Origin: Promethearchaeota archaeon
Lineage (GTDB): Archaea > Asgardarchaeota > Lokiarchaeia > Sigyniarchaeales > SOKP01
DNA length: 64,000 bases
Direction of reading: 5' to 3'
Assembly: GCA_048938855.1 (NCBI GenBank)
Contig: JBHLLT010000001.1
Coordinates: 1-64,000, forward strand
The notes beneath the pieces were generated by a model. That model worked only from the letters and a program-made list of their open reading frames with translations. It was not told the DNA's origin and ran no database searches. Shown here in pieces: positions 47,009 to 57,215 of the stretch; the stretch's first letter is position 1, and the number at the start of each line of letters is the position of its first letter. The position numbers were made by a program, and so were the translations under genes.

Positions 47009-49744
47009 ATGGATATGTTTAATCTTGAAGAATTTGATAATGAATTAATTTTAGAAAAAGTAAATAGGTTAAACAAATACTTAAATAAAAATAAAGTAGA
47101 TAGGGTTTCAAAAATCCTTGATGAATTACTTAGTTTAATGGATGATCAAGAATATGTTGTGCCCATAACTTATATATTAAGTATATTAGCAGAAAACAGA
47201 ATTACACTCATCTCTAAAGAATTAATAAAAAAAGTAGAAGCTTATCTTCACTCTGAAAATCTCAAATTAAAAATCAATTCACTTATTATTATAGGTTTTG
47301 TGATATTGAAAAATCCTCAATATCTTGAAAAATATTCTCGGGAATTTATTAAATTTTTATTAGATGAATTTGAGGATGTTAGAAATAATGTACACTATTT
47401 TTTAATAAAATTGTTCGAATTAAATCCAGAAATTATAAAAAAGAATGTTGATATCATAATAAAAAGTTTTAAAATTGAAAATAACAATCAAAATATAATT
47501 TCTTTATTAAATTTATTAGAATACTGTGAAATCTCCGAATTTGATCATTTATATCAAGTAAGGAGTTTATCAATAAAATTACTTAAACGACTTAAAGAGA
47601 AAGAAAATTCTCAAATTTTTAATAAATTATTAGGTTTTATTAAAAAGGTGTATCTTCAGCTTGAAAAGTTCGATTTGGAGTCCCTAGATTATGAGAAAAT
47701 TATAAACTTATTAAATAATCAATTTTTGATGAAAAAAACTAATTTTACTGAATTAAGTAAAAAGGAAAAATTAGGATTAAAAGAATATTTGAAAAAATTT
47801 TTAAATTCGAAATTAAAAGATGAAAAGGTCTTTTTCTATTTAAAAACAAAGGAAAATATAATTTATATTTATGAATTAGAAAAAAGCAAATTAAAACGAT
47901 TTTTTGAACAAAATCAGAAAATTTCTGATGATGAAATTACAAGTACTTTTTCTCAGGTTATAGAAAATAGTTCAGAATTAAAAAGATTTATCAAAACATT
48001 AATTAAGCTAAAAATTATAGAGGGGTATTATTCTAATCTCGGATTTTTTTATCCGTTTAACTTTATAAGATCAAAATTTATGGAAGGTTTAAATGAAAAT
48101 GGTTCAATTAGTATAAAAAGTTTCAATTTTCTTCCCCAAAATTTCATTGAAAAAATAATTATGGATATTTCTAGATTTACCAATCAAAGATTATTAAAAC
48201 ATAAGGATCAAGAAACTTATTCTTCTTTGAAGCATATTAAAAATCAAATTAATTCTGAAGCTGCAAAAAATAGTACTATCGAATTAAAACCATATCGTAC
48301 TTTATTGCTTGACAGTGATTTTTTAGAATTAATAAAAAATTTGCCTAGAGAATTTTTATCGAAATATCATAAAGGAACACAATGGTTAACAAATCTAGGG
48401 GTCCAAAAAATTAGTAATGAAGTTCAAAACTCTAGAATTGTGGGATATTTTGATATTCCTAAATTATCAGAGAAATTAAATATAGGAGAACTTCTATTAT
48501 TGGATGTATTTGAACAGTTTGTAGATTTTAGAAGTGGGATTTGGAATAGGAAAAGAAATACCTTTTATTATTCTAAATTTTTAAAAGACAAAGTTAATGA
48601 GATTAGTTTAGTTGTCGATGAAAATGAAAAAATCCATCAAATTGAAATGATCTCCAAGGAGCTTGATATTGATAAAAATCATATTTTGTCTAAAATTGAC
48701 GAGAACTTACAGTTGATTGCAGAAGAAATAAAACAACAAGATCAAATAAAATTAGATGTGTATTTACAAAAAACTGGGATGGAATTAGATGCTTTTCTGA
48801 GATTTATTGATGATTTAAATATTTTTTATTTCAAAAAGGGAGATTTTTTAATCCTTAACCCACAAAAAATTGAAGATGCTAAGAATGAAATAAGATACAT
48901 GCTAATTGATAAGTCTAAATCGGATGATTTTATATCATTAGGAACTATAAAGTTTGTCCAATCAACACTTATTGAAGAATTAATAAAAGAATTACAAAAT
49001 GACGGAAAAGTTAAGGGGATTTTTCATGAAAATGAGGGAGAACTTATTTTTTACACAGAGAGAGGAATCCGTAGTTTGATGCTAGAAAATAGCCTCCTTT
49101 TTTCATTTCATGATCTTTTCTATGATAAAGAATTAATACAAGAAGAAATTGATCTAATGATGCAAATTTTTGAAGATTTAGTAAGTAAAGGAAAGTTGAA
49201 AGGACATTTTGATGAAACATCATTAACTTTTTCGAGTGATGAAGTATTATTTGTAAAAGACTATAATACAGTTTTATTCGAATTTGAGAAAATGGTTAGT
49301 AATTATATCAGAAATTTTGAAACTGAATTTAATAAAATTAGTAAAATTCTCTCAAAAAGAGAAGAAACAATTTTTCCACAAGAGATAAAGATTATTCAAG
49401 AAACCATTGATAAGATTAACGAGAAATATGTTAATTGGAGAAGTGGTTTGGAAGCTTTTATACGTAAAACAAACAAAAAAGTATTAAAAGATCAAGGTAT
49501 TAGTGTAAAACAATATAAAACCATCCTTTCAAAAGATAAAAAAGATGAAATTAAATCTTTCGAAGAAGATCCAGAAGTGCATGATCTTTTGAACAATTTT
49601 AATAATTGGGTAAAACGTTATAATAAAATCGAATTGAAATATCCTAATGTGATATTCTACCAAAAAAGATTAATTAATAATCCAGAAGATAAAGAATCTA
49701 ATAGTAAATTAAATGATTTGCTTGATGAATTAGATCTGAGATGA
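47009..49744 (+). CDS. Large protein with HEAT/ARM-like N-terminus and tandem winged-helix (PCI/UFL1-like) repeats
   Basis: N-terminal helical repeats (FLLDEFEDVRNN); recurring units such as LIKLKIIEGYY, FDIPKLSEKLNI, LQNDGKVKG, DLVSKGKLKGHFD. Confidence 0.55.
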   Translation: MDMFNLEEFDNELILEKVNRLNKYLNKNKVDRVSKILDELLSLMDDQEYVVPITYILSILAENRITLISKELIKKVEAYLHSENLKLKINSLIIIGFVILKNPQYLEKYSREFIKFLLDEFEDVRNNVHYFLIKLFELNPEIIKKNVDIIIKSFKIENNNQNIISLLNLLEYCEISEFDHLYQVRSLSIKLLKRLKEKENSQIFNKLLGFIKKVYLQLEKFDLESLDYEKIINLLNNQFLMKKTNFTELSKKEKLGLKEYLKKFLNSKLKDEKVFFYLKTKENIIYIYELEKSKLKRFFEQNQKISDDEITSTFSQVIENSSELKRFIKTLIKLKIIEGYYSNLGFFYPFNFIRSKFMEGLNENGSISIKSFNFLPQNFIEKIIMDISRFTNQRLLKHKDQETYSSLKHIKNQINSEAAKNSTIELKPYRTLLLDSDFLELIKNLPREFLSKYHKGTQWLTNLGVQKISNEVQNSRIVGYFDIPKLSEKLNIGELLLLDVFEQFVDFRSGIWNRKRNTFYYSKFLKDKVNEISLVVDENEKIHQIEMISKELDIDKNHILSKIDENLQLIAEEIKQQDQIKLDVYLQKTGMELDAFLRFIDDLNIFYFKKGDFLILNPQKIEDAKNEIRYMLIDKSKSDDFISLGTIKFVQSTLIEELIKELQNDGKVKGIFHENEGELIFYTERGIRSLMLENSLLFSFHDLFYDKELIQEEIDLMMQIFEDLVSKGKLKGHFDETSLTFSSDEVLFVKDYNTVLFEFEKMVSNYIRNFETEFNKISKILSKREETIFPQEIKIIQETIDKINEKYVNWRSGLEAFIRKTNKKVLKDQGISVKQYKTILSKDKKDEIKSFEEDPEVHDLLNNFNNWVKRYNKIELKYPNVIFYQKRLINNPEDKESNSKLNDLLDELDLR

Positions 49745-49748
49745 GTAA

Positions 49749-50033
49749 TTAATCTTCTTTTTTGTTATTTTGAGAGAGGAAATCGTCCACATCAATTTTT
49801 TCATTTGGTACAATTTTATAAGTTTTTGGATTTGTTATACCATTCAATGTTAAAATTCCATGGTCTTCAAGATATCTAAGAGCTCTCCAAATAAAATTAA
49901 TCTTAGAGCGATTTGAAGATTTGATATTATTACATCTTCTTATTCTTTTAGTATTAACAATAGTTACATTGTTATCTATTAATTTGTTTATCGCTTCTAC
50001 TGTTTCTTTTAAATTCTTCTGAAAAAAATCCAT
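49749..50033 (-). CDS. Small winged-helix-like hypothetical protein
   Basis: FIWRALRYLEDHGILTLNG...KTYKI helix-wing pattern. Confidence 0.6.
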   Translation of the reverse strand: MDFFQKNLKETVEAINKLIDNNVTIVNTKRIRRCNNIKSSNRSKINFIWRALRYLEDHGILTLNGITNPKTYKIVPNEKIDVDDFLSQNNKKED

Positions 50034-50236
50034 TTTTATAAGAGCTCCGTCTTATTAAGATATGATTAGATAAACTCTCCTCGGTTAAAATATCAATTTA
50101 AAAAGTTAAATCCACTATATTGAGTATTATAAAATTATCTTTTGAACTTTATAAACCTTTGTTACAATATTTTTTTTTTTTCAAAAAGAGTAATCCATAA
50201 ATTAGTAAAACAAATTTTAAGAAATATTAAAAAAAT

Positions 50237-51838
50237 TTAATGCCTAAAGACTCTTTTTCCACAAAAGACTAATGCACAGTTCAATTCATCTGCTCGCTTA
50301 ATTACTTCTTTATCTCTAATAGATCCTCCAGGATTTATGATAGCTTTGGCACCAGATTTTACTGCTATCTCTAAACCATCTGGAAAAGGAAAAAAAGAAT
50401 CAGTACCCATAAAGGAATCCTTGAGTTCTTGCTTATGTCCAAATTCAATTGCTTTTTGGGCAGCTAATTTCACCACATGAACTCTACTATGTTGTCCAGC
50501 ACCAATACCTAAGGTGTAAATGCCTTCATCATAAATTTGAGCAAAACAGGCTGAATTCGACTTGGCCCATTTTGAAACTTTATATGCAAAGAGTAAAGCT
50601 TTTTTTTCGTCATCAGTAACATTTCTTTTGGTAACCACATTCCATTCTTTAACAATTGGTTTATAATCATATTCTTGAAACAGTACACCTCCGAGTACTC
50701 CCCTTAGTTCCAAGTTTTTATATATCTCATTTCTTTTACTAAGCAAATCTTGAAACGCTATAATTCTTAAATTTTCTTTTTGTTTTAAAATGTCTAGTGC
50801 TTCAGTTTCAAAAGAGGGTGCCATTATAACTTCTAAGAATATTTTTTCTTTATTTATAATGAAATCAGCTACTTCTTTTGTAAGTTTTCTATTGACTCCC
50901 CAGATACCTCCAAATGCGGATAAAGGATCTGTATTATATGCTTTTTTAACTGATATTAATTGATCATTTTTATCAATGGCTACACCGTTTGGATTTGTAT
51001 GCTTTAAAATTGCTGTCACATAATGTTTATTATCAAAATCTAAAAGAATTTGGATACATGCATCAATATCCAAATAATTGTTAAACGATATCTGTTTCCC
51101 ACTAAGTTGTTTTAGATTGTGAAGCCCAAAAGTTGAATTTATATCTCTATAATATGCTGCTCTTTGATCCCAATTTTCGCCATAGCGACAATCTTGAACC
51201 TTTTCAAAAATTTTGATTATATTTTGGCCCATAATTAAATTTGGGTTGTAGTAGCGCTTTAAATAGTTTGAAATTGCGGCATTATAGTCTGCCATTATAA
51301 AAAAAACATCTTGCGCTAACATAGCCCTTGTATTATCACTAATCCCCCCAGAATCTCTTAATTCCTTCAAAATTTGATCATAATATTTCGGATGAGGGAC
51401 GACAACTACATCTGGAAAGTTCTTAGCAGCAGCTCTAATCATAGTTGGGCCACCTATATCTATTAACTCTAAAGCTTCTTCCAAACTGGTATTTGGTTTT
51501 GCTATCGTTTCCTTAAATTTATATAAGTTACAAATAACCATATCTATAGGTGGAATATTATATTTTTGCGCTTCTTGAATATCTTTTTCTTTATCTCTCC
51601 GAAATAAAATCCCTCCTTCTATTTTTGGGTGAAGTGTTTTAACTCTACCGTCAAACATCTCAGGTGATTCAGTATAGTCAGAGATTTTTATATAGTTTAT
51701 ACCATTTGATTCTAATAATTTTCCAGTCCCCCCTGTCGATAAAATTTCAATTCCAAATTCTTTAACTAATACCTTAACAAATTCAATTACACCCGTCTTA
51801 TCAAAGACGCTAACAATTGCTCTTTTTATAGATTTCAT
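50237..51838 (-). CDS. purH: Bifunctional AICAR transformylase/IMP cyclohydrolase
   Basis: SVFDKTG, STGGT, GRVKTLHP, IDIGGPTMIRAAAKN, RYGEN, KHTNP, FFPFPD, PGGSIRD, RVFRH. Confidence 0.97.
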   Translation of the reverse strand: MKSIKRAIVSVFDKTGVIEFVKVLVKEFGIEILSTGGTGKLLESNGINYIKISDYTESPEMFDGRVKTLHPKIEGGILFRRDKEKDIQEAQKYNIPPIDMVICNLYKFKETIAKPNTSLEEALELIDIGGPTMIRAAAKNFPDVVVVPHPKYYDQILKELRDSGGISDNTRAMLAQDVFFIMADYNAAISNYLKRYYNPNLIMGQNIIKIFEKVQDCRYGENWDQRAAYYRDINSTFGLHNLKQLSGKQISFNNYLDIDACIQILLDFDNKHYVTAILKHTNPNGVAIDKNDQLISVKKAYNTDPLSAFGGIWGVNRKLTKEVADFIINKEKIFLEVIMAPSFETEALDILKQKENLRIIAFQDLLSKRNEIYKNLELRGVLGGVLFQEYDYKPIVKEWNVVTKRNVTDDEKKALLFAYKVSKWAKSNSACFAQIYDEGIYTLGIGAGQHSRVHVVKLAAQKAIEFGHKQELKDSFMGTDSFFPFPDGLEIAVKSGAKAIINPGGSIRDKEVIKRADELNCALVFCGKRVFRH

Positions 51839-52059
51839 GAAAATTCAGTTTATTCTAAGTTCATTATATAGTAAAAGTAAACAAACAAAGAAAAGTTTTC
51901 TATTGTTAAAACTTAATTAATAGAGCTTTAATAAGTGAAATAAAAGAAATAATCGAAAAGATATAAAAATTGCCATTTTTTTTAGGGCTGACACAAATGT
52001 ATAAAAACGATGTTGACATAAAAATAATGCGAGCTAAATCAAATGGAGGTTCATTCAAA

Positions 52060-52491
52060 ATGAGGATTGATAAAAAAATTGAGATTGAATCCAATCCAAA
52101 AAGAATATTCGATATTGTAACTGATGGTGAAAATACTCCAAGATGGAATATCGCCTTAGATGAGGTTATTGAAAAAGAGGAAGGCCAAAAGTTTCTTTTA
52201 AAATCTACTATTGGAGATATCTTAATTGTTGATACAGATAGTGTGGAAAATGAACATGTAACATGGCATATGGAGAAAAGTGATATGAATTCCATAGGTT
52301 ATATTGTGGAACCTAAAGGAGAGCTTACAGAGGTAACTTTATGGACTGAATTTGAAAACAAAAAACTCAGGAAAAGCTATGAAAAGACAGCAAAATTAGT
52401 CTTAAAAAGTTTAAAGAATTATGTAGATTTTATTGAAGAAGGTGGAGATCCAGAGGAATTTGATAAAAAGCACCTTATGGTTAGTCCATAA
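52060..52491 (+). CDS. SRPBCC/START-like domain protein
   Basis: ATG at 52060 behind GGAGGT; IEIESNPKRIFDIV...PRWN...LKSLKNYV. Confidence 0.75.
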   Translation: MRIDKKIEIESNPKRIFDIVTDGENTPRWNIALDEVIEKEEGQKFLLKSTIGDILIVDTDSVENEHVTWHMEKSDMNSIGYIVEPKGELTEVTLWTEFENKKLRKSYEKTAKLVLKSLKNYVDFIEEGGDPEEFDKKHLMVSP

Positions 52492-52525
52492 GTAATTTAA
52501 AATCTTTTTTTTTTTTCATTTCTAT

Positions 52526-54001
52526 TTAGAATTTTCCTATAAGATCATGTGGTTGTGTTTCTCGTTGACCTACTACAGATACTATTCCTAATGATACATC
52601 TTTCATTTCTTTAATAGATCTTGCCCCTGCATAAATCATCCCATTCGCTAAACCTTCCTTTAAAGTCGCTAAAACTCCAGCTACATCCCCTACATAGGGT
52701 ACATAATTGGATACTCCTTCAGTCAGCATTTTTGAACCTTCAATATAACGGTCAGAGATATAACCAAAAGTTCTTGCCTCTTTACTTCCCATACCTCGGT
52801 AAACTTTTACTTTTCTCCCCGCAATTGTATCAATAAAACCTGGAGATTCTTCAGTACCAGCGAAGAAATGTCCAGACATCATTAAATCGGCTCCCACTGC
52901 AAAAGCCTTTGGTAGATCTCCTGGATTAGTAAATCCACCATCTGCAATAAGTGATATTTTTGGACTGTAATCCTGAATAGCATCTGCTACTTGTGCTGTT
53001 GCAAAAAGTGTTGGAGCCCCTACTCCAGTTTGTATAGAAGTTGTACAGATTGAGCCTGATCCCATTCCAACTTTTAAACCAATGAATCGATCCTCAATAA
53101 AATCACATTTTGTAATTAAGTATTCTGCTGCTTGATAAGTCCCAATATTTCCCAATACAAAATCCGATTCTAAAAGCCTCATTAATTTAGATGTACCAAT
53201 AATATCAGCTTTCTTATAAAAATCAGCAACATCAATAAAGAAAATATCGACATATTTATCGATCTCTTTTAATTTATTTTGAGCTTCTGATGACTCTGGA
53301 AATTTTGGAGATAATGCTAAGGCACATAGTAAATGGCCGTCGTCATCTTTAGATGCAAATGGAAATTCTGGTGCTAAATCTTTCTTTGTGATTAATCCTT
53401 TTAAAAGACCATCTTTATCTATAATAGGGAGTTTTTCTTTGCGTGATTCATATAAAATTTTCATTGCATCTTCTCTCGAGGCTCCTGGCTTAATAGAAAT
53501 AACATCTTTAGTCATATAGTCTTTTACAATTCCGTTTTGAATATCTTTCTCAATAAAAGGGATATCACGCTTTGTAAATATGCCACATACTTTCTTAGCT
53601 TCATTAATAACGACGATTCCGCTAATATTATAATTTTCCATCATATATTTGGCTTTAGCGACCCCTTCATTTGGTGTTATCGTCGCTACGTGTTCATCGT
53701 CAATTACAAAAGATCTGGCTCTCTTTACAATTCTAGACATTTCCAGTTGTCTTTCATAAGAGCAATTACGATGTAATACTCCAAGACCACCATGTAACGC
53801 CATATTAATTGCCATTAATTCCTCTGTTACTGTATCCATAGCAGAAGATAGTATCGGTAAATTAAGATGATATCTCCCTAAATTAGAGGAAATATCTACC
53901 TCTTGAGGATTGAAGTTAGTGAATCCTGGAAGAATTAAAATATCTTGAAATGTGGCAATCAATTCTTCCGTATGAATTTTTTTGCGATATTTATCAGACA
54001 T
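52526..54001 (-). CDS. guaB: IMP dehydrogenase with CBS pair
   Basis: LSSAMDTVTE, GGLGVLHRN, KVGMGSGSICTT, IADGG, YRGMGS, EGVS. Confidence 0.95.
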   Translation of the reverse strand: MSDKYRKKIHTEELIATFQDILILPGFTNFNPQEVDISSNLGRYHLNLPILSSAMDTVTEELMAINMALHGGLGVLHRNCSYERQLEMSRIVKRARSFVIDDEHVATITPNEGVAKAKYMMENYNISGIVVINEAKKVCGIFTKRDIPFIEKDIQNGIVKDYMTKDVISIKPGASREDAMKILYESRKEKLPIIDKDGLLKGLITKKDLAPEFPFASKDDDGHLLCALALSPKFPESSEAQNKLKEIDKYVDIFFIDVADFYKKADIIGTSKLMRLLESDFVLGNIGTYQAAEYLITKCDFIEDRFIGLKVGMGSGSICTTSIQTGVGAPTLFATAQVADAIQDYSPKISLIADGGFTNPGDLPKAFAVGADLMMSGHFFAGTEESPGFIDTIAGRKVKVYRGMGSKEARTFGYISDRYIEGSKMLTEGVSNYVPYVGDVAGVLATLKEGLANGMIYAGARSIKEMKDVSLGIVSVVGQRETQPHDLIGKF

Positions 54002-54138
54002 TTTTAAGCACCACGTTGAAAATTTAATAAAAATTTGAATTGATTATACTCCTATATTAAAACATATATAAATTATATCAGACTTAAAAATTTTGGTATT
54101 GAATAGCGATTAAAAAAAAATAAAGAGAGATTTAGTCA

Positions 54139-54954
54139 TTAAACCGGAATATCTCGTTTATTAAATATAACAATTGATGTTACTGTTAGAACCCCAGAAT
54201 AAATTAAAAGAAATAAAACTTTATATCCTACAGTATCCCAAACATGGTTCACAAGTAAATTGGACATATCTGAATAGAAAAATATACTAATAAGTTTTAC
54301 ATTTTGAGTTCCTTCTGGAAATGATTGCCAAAATTGACCAACTGCGTAGAAAAATATCACCACACCTAATGCATAAGCCAATGCCCTCTTGGAAGATGAA
54401 AATGAAGAGAAAAAATAACCAGTACTAATTAGAGAAACCATAAAGATAAAATTCCAAAGAAATGCAAACATAATTTCATTCAAATAAATATCATATATGG
54501 TTACCGAAGGAAATATTAGAATACCTAAAAGAACGCTCATCATAACAAAATAGTAGATTAATAAAATTTCAATTATGAGAGAAAAATACTTACCTAAAGT
54601 CAGTTCAGATCGTTTGAGAGGTTTTGAAAGTAGTAAATCAATTGTTTTATCTTCTATCTCTTTTGGGATGTTCTGTGCAGATTTTAAGATAAAATAGATA
54701 CCAAAGTAAAAGAAAGATACTGCAAATAAATATACATTAAGAAAACCTCCGAACTCAGCAAGATTATAGAATTCTCCAACAATCTGTCGGATTGCTTCAG
54801 GATAATTTTCAAATAATTCCTCCATACCAGCAAAAAGATCGGGATCATAAAAGGTTACAAACCAAACAAAGAAAAGTGACATAATAGCTGAGTAAATCAG
54901 GAGACTTTTGTAATGATTTTTTAGTTCGTTCCATATAATTTGTATTACTTTCAT
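54139..54954 (-). CDS. ABC-2 type exporter permease
   Basis: EIEDKTIDLLLSKPLKRS...GKY, C-terminal FNKRDI; about 6 TM. Confidence 0.9.
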   Translation of the reverse strand: MKVIQIIWNELKNHYKSLLIYSAIMSLFFVWFVTFYDPDLFAGMEELFENYPEAIRQIVGEFYNLAEFGGFLNVYLFAVSFFYFGIYFILKSAQNIPKEIEDKTIDLLLSKPLKRSELTLGKYFSLIIEILLIYYFVMMSVLLGILIFPSVTIYDIYLNEIMFAFLWNFIFMVSLISTGYFFSSFSSSKRALAYALGVVIFFYAVGQFWQSFPEGTQNVKLISIFFYSDMSNLLVNHVWDTVGYKVLFLLIYSGVLTVTSIVIFNKRDIPV

Positions 54955-55907
54955 ACGATCTCTCCTCCTTTTGATTTGTCTTTTTCATAATATTGTAAGA
55001 AAATATTTTCTAATGTAGAATGAGTTATTGAAAAATCTTTTACAAGTTCTCCAGCCCATTCTATTTCGCTAATTTCACATAAAATCTTTCTAGCTTCATT
55101 AGGGGGAAGCAAAAATTCGAGCTGGGTTTGGAAATCATATTTTATTATCGATTCAGGATAATCTGCTTCCAAATATGATTTAAATGCTTTCATACTTTTC
55201 GAAGTTTCAAAGATTAATTCTATATGTTTTAGATTTTTTGCCTTTAGATCATTCACCTCAGATATTTCAACTATTTTTCCTTCCCGTATAATAGCTACTC
55301 GATCGCAAAATTTTTCTACTTCAGCGAGCACATGACTACAAAGAAATATTGTACATTTCGATTCTTTTTGCCTTTCAGATATAATTCTATAAAACTCTGA
55401 TTGCATCAAAGGATCGAGTCCAGAAGTTGGCTCATCCATGATTAATAGATCAAATTCTCCCATTAGAGCTGATAATACTCCAACTTTTTGTTTATTACCT
55501 TTACTTAGAACTCCTACTTTTCTATCCATATCTAATTTAAGACGTTCTGTTACATTTTTAACATACTCCCAATTTATTTCAATGTCGTAGAGTTTCGCAA
55601 AATAATTAATCAATTCATTTGCAGTCATATTTTTATATAAACCTAATTCACCCGGTAAATATCCAATTCGATTCCGAATCTCCACATCTTTTTTTGGACT
55701 TATTTTTTCTCCTAATAATATAATTTCACCTGCATCTATGTTAAGAAATCCAAGTATACATCTGATAGTTGTAGTTTTTCCTGCTCCATTAGGTCCAAGA
55801 AAGCCAAAACGAGAGCCTTTAGGTACATCGAAGGAAATGTCATCTACTGCTTTTACTTTGCGCTTATTATAATACTTTTTCAAGTTTCTAACTTCAATAG
55901 CATTCAT
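54951..55907 (-). CDS. ABC transporter ATP-binding protein
   Basis: GPNGAGKTT, LSKGNKQ, MDEPTSGLDP, SH. Confidence 0.96.
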   Translation of the reverse strand: MNAIEVRNLKKYYNKRKVKAVDDISFDVPKGSRFGFLGPNGAGKTTTIRCILGFLNIDAGEIILLGEKISPKKDVEIRNRIGYLPGELGLYKNMTANELINYFAKLYDIEINWEYVKNVTERLKLDMDRKVGVLSKGNKQKVGVLSALMGEFDLLIMDEPTSGLDPLMQSEFYRIISERQKESKCTIFLCSHVLAEVEKFCDRVAIIREGKIVEISEVNDLKAKNLKHIELIFETSKSMKAFKSYLEADYPESIIKYDFQTQLEFLLPPNEARKILCEISEIEWAGELVKDFSITHSTLENIFLQYYEKDKSKGGEIV

Positions 55908-55914
55908 TTTTTAT

Positions 55915-56009
55915 AATATTTTTCATATATTTTAAAATCTATAAAGATACAATATTTAATAACAAGTCAACCTATATAAATATTTTTCATATAATTTGAA
56001 ATCTACAAA
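55915..56009. promoter_or_regulatory. Two 31-bp direct repeats with a TTTCA-N7-TGAAA palindromic core; probable operators of the divergent GbsR/MarR regulators
   Basis: 55915-55945 aatatttttcatatattttaaaatctataaa versus 55979-56009 aatatttttcatataatttgaaatctacaaa (28/31 identical, 64 bp apart). Confidence 0.7.
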
Positions 56010-56046
56010 AAATTTATTAAATTGAAAAGATAATTAATTTATAGTA

Positions 56047-56556
56047 ATGAATAAAATTGATGAAAATTTTCAATTTGAAGCAATAATTCGAGAAATTGAA
56101 AAAGAACTAATAAAAATAATTGTTGATTTGGGAAGTAATAGTCCTTTATCTCCAAAATTAACTGAAATTTTAGGTTATCTATTACTTCACGATGAGTTAA
56201 CTCAAGCACAATTAAAGGAATTAACAGGATTCTCCATTGGTACGATATCATCTAATTTAAACCAAATGGTTAGTTTAAATATTGTCCGTAAGGAATTAAT
56301 CCCTAAAACAAGGACATACAAATATATTTTCCTTGGAAGAAAAGGGAGTATTGAAATGCAAGCGAGTTTTATGAAAGTAGAAACTGTTTCTTCATCGATA
56401 AATTTCTTTGAACAAAAACATGATGAACTATTGAAATTGGAAAATGAGAAGGGGTATGACTTATTAAACGAAAGAGTAGAATCAATGTTAAAATTTTTCC
56501 AATGGCATAAAAAAGTTATAATAGAGAAATATAAAAAATTAGGAGTTATGAAATAA
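56047..56556 (+). CDS. GbsR/MarR-family transcriptional regulator
   Basis: EILGYLLLHDELTQAQLKELTGFSIGTISSNL...RTYKY. Confidence 0.85.
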   Translation: MNKIDENFQFEAIIREIEKELIKIIVDLGSNSPLSPKLTEILGYLLLHDELTQAQLKELTGFSIGTISSNLNQMVSLNIVRKELIPKTRTYKYIFLGRKGSIEMQASFMKVETVSSSINFFEQKHDELLKLENEKGYDLLNERVESMLKFFQWHKKVIIEKYKKLGVMK

Positions 56557-56557
56557 T

Positions 56558-57058
56558 TTGGAAGAAAGTGAGATATTTAGTCCAACTTTATTAAAAATTG
56601 AGGAGGATATTATTCGATTTTTATCAAATTCTCCATTATTTTTCACCAAAGACCAATTTATCAACCAAATTAGGGCATATTTCATAACACGTAAGAATTT
56701 AACGCAAAAAAAGTTACAAAAAATCACCAAATTATCACTTGGTAAAATTTCTCAAGTCTTGAAAACTTTAATAAGGTGGAGATTAATTGAAAAAACAGAT
56801 GTTTCAAGCACAGGAGAATATACTTACAGCATGGAATCGATAGATAAGGCTCTTGTTAATTATTTTACTGTCCTTACAAAACAAATGGAGAAATTTATAA
56901 AACCTTTGGAAGAATTAAAAAATAAATTAGATAATGGTGGTGAGAAGATTAAAAACCTTAGAGGATATGATAAGATTAATAAATTATTACCACTGTTCTT
57001 GGATGCAATTAAGGTTAATATTGAAATTATGAAAGAATTTAGTATAGAATTTTTTTAA
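56558..57058 (+). CDS. GbsR/MarR-family transcriptional regulator (paralogue)
   Basis: QIRAYFITRKNLTQKKLQKITKLSLGKISQVL...GEYTY. Confidence 0.82.
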   Translation: MEESEIFSPTLLKIEEDIIRFLSNSPLFFTKDQFINQIRAYFITRKNLTQKKLQKITKLSLGKISQVLKTLIRWRLIEKTDVSSTGEYTYSMESIDKALVNYFTVLTKQMEKFIKPLEELKNKLDNGGEKIKNLRGYDKINKLLPLFLDAIKVNIEIMKEFSIEFF

Positions 57059-57064
57059 AAATTG

Positions 57065-57085
57065 ATGGGTATTTTGACCCATTTT
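57065..57085 (+). terminator. Possible hairpin plus T-run after the regulator pair
   Basis: ATGGGT-attttg-ACCCAT followed by TTT, 6 nt after the stop codon. Confidence 0.35.
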
Positions 57086-57215
57086 ATTATATATACGGAT
57101 ATCACGTAAAGATAAAATTCTCACATATATTAATTAGTAAAAATTAGTATACGACTAGTTATCAGTAAAATAAGTTTTTTTTGTAGAGTTTTTTTGATAT
57201 TTTTGGTGGAAAAAG

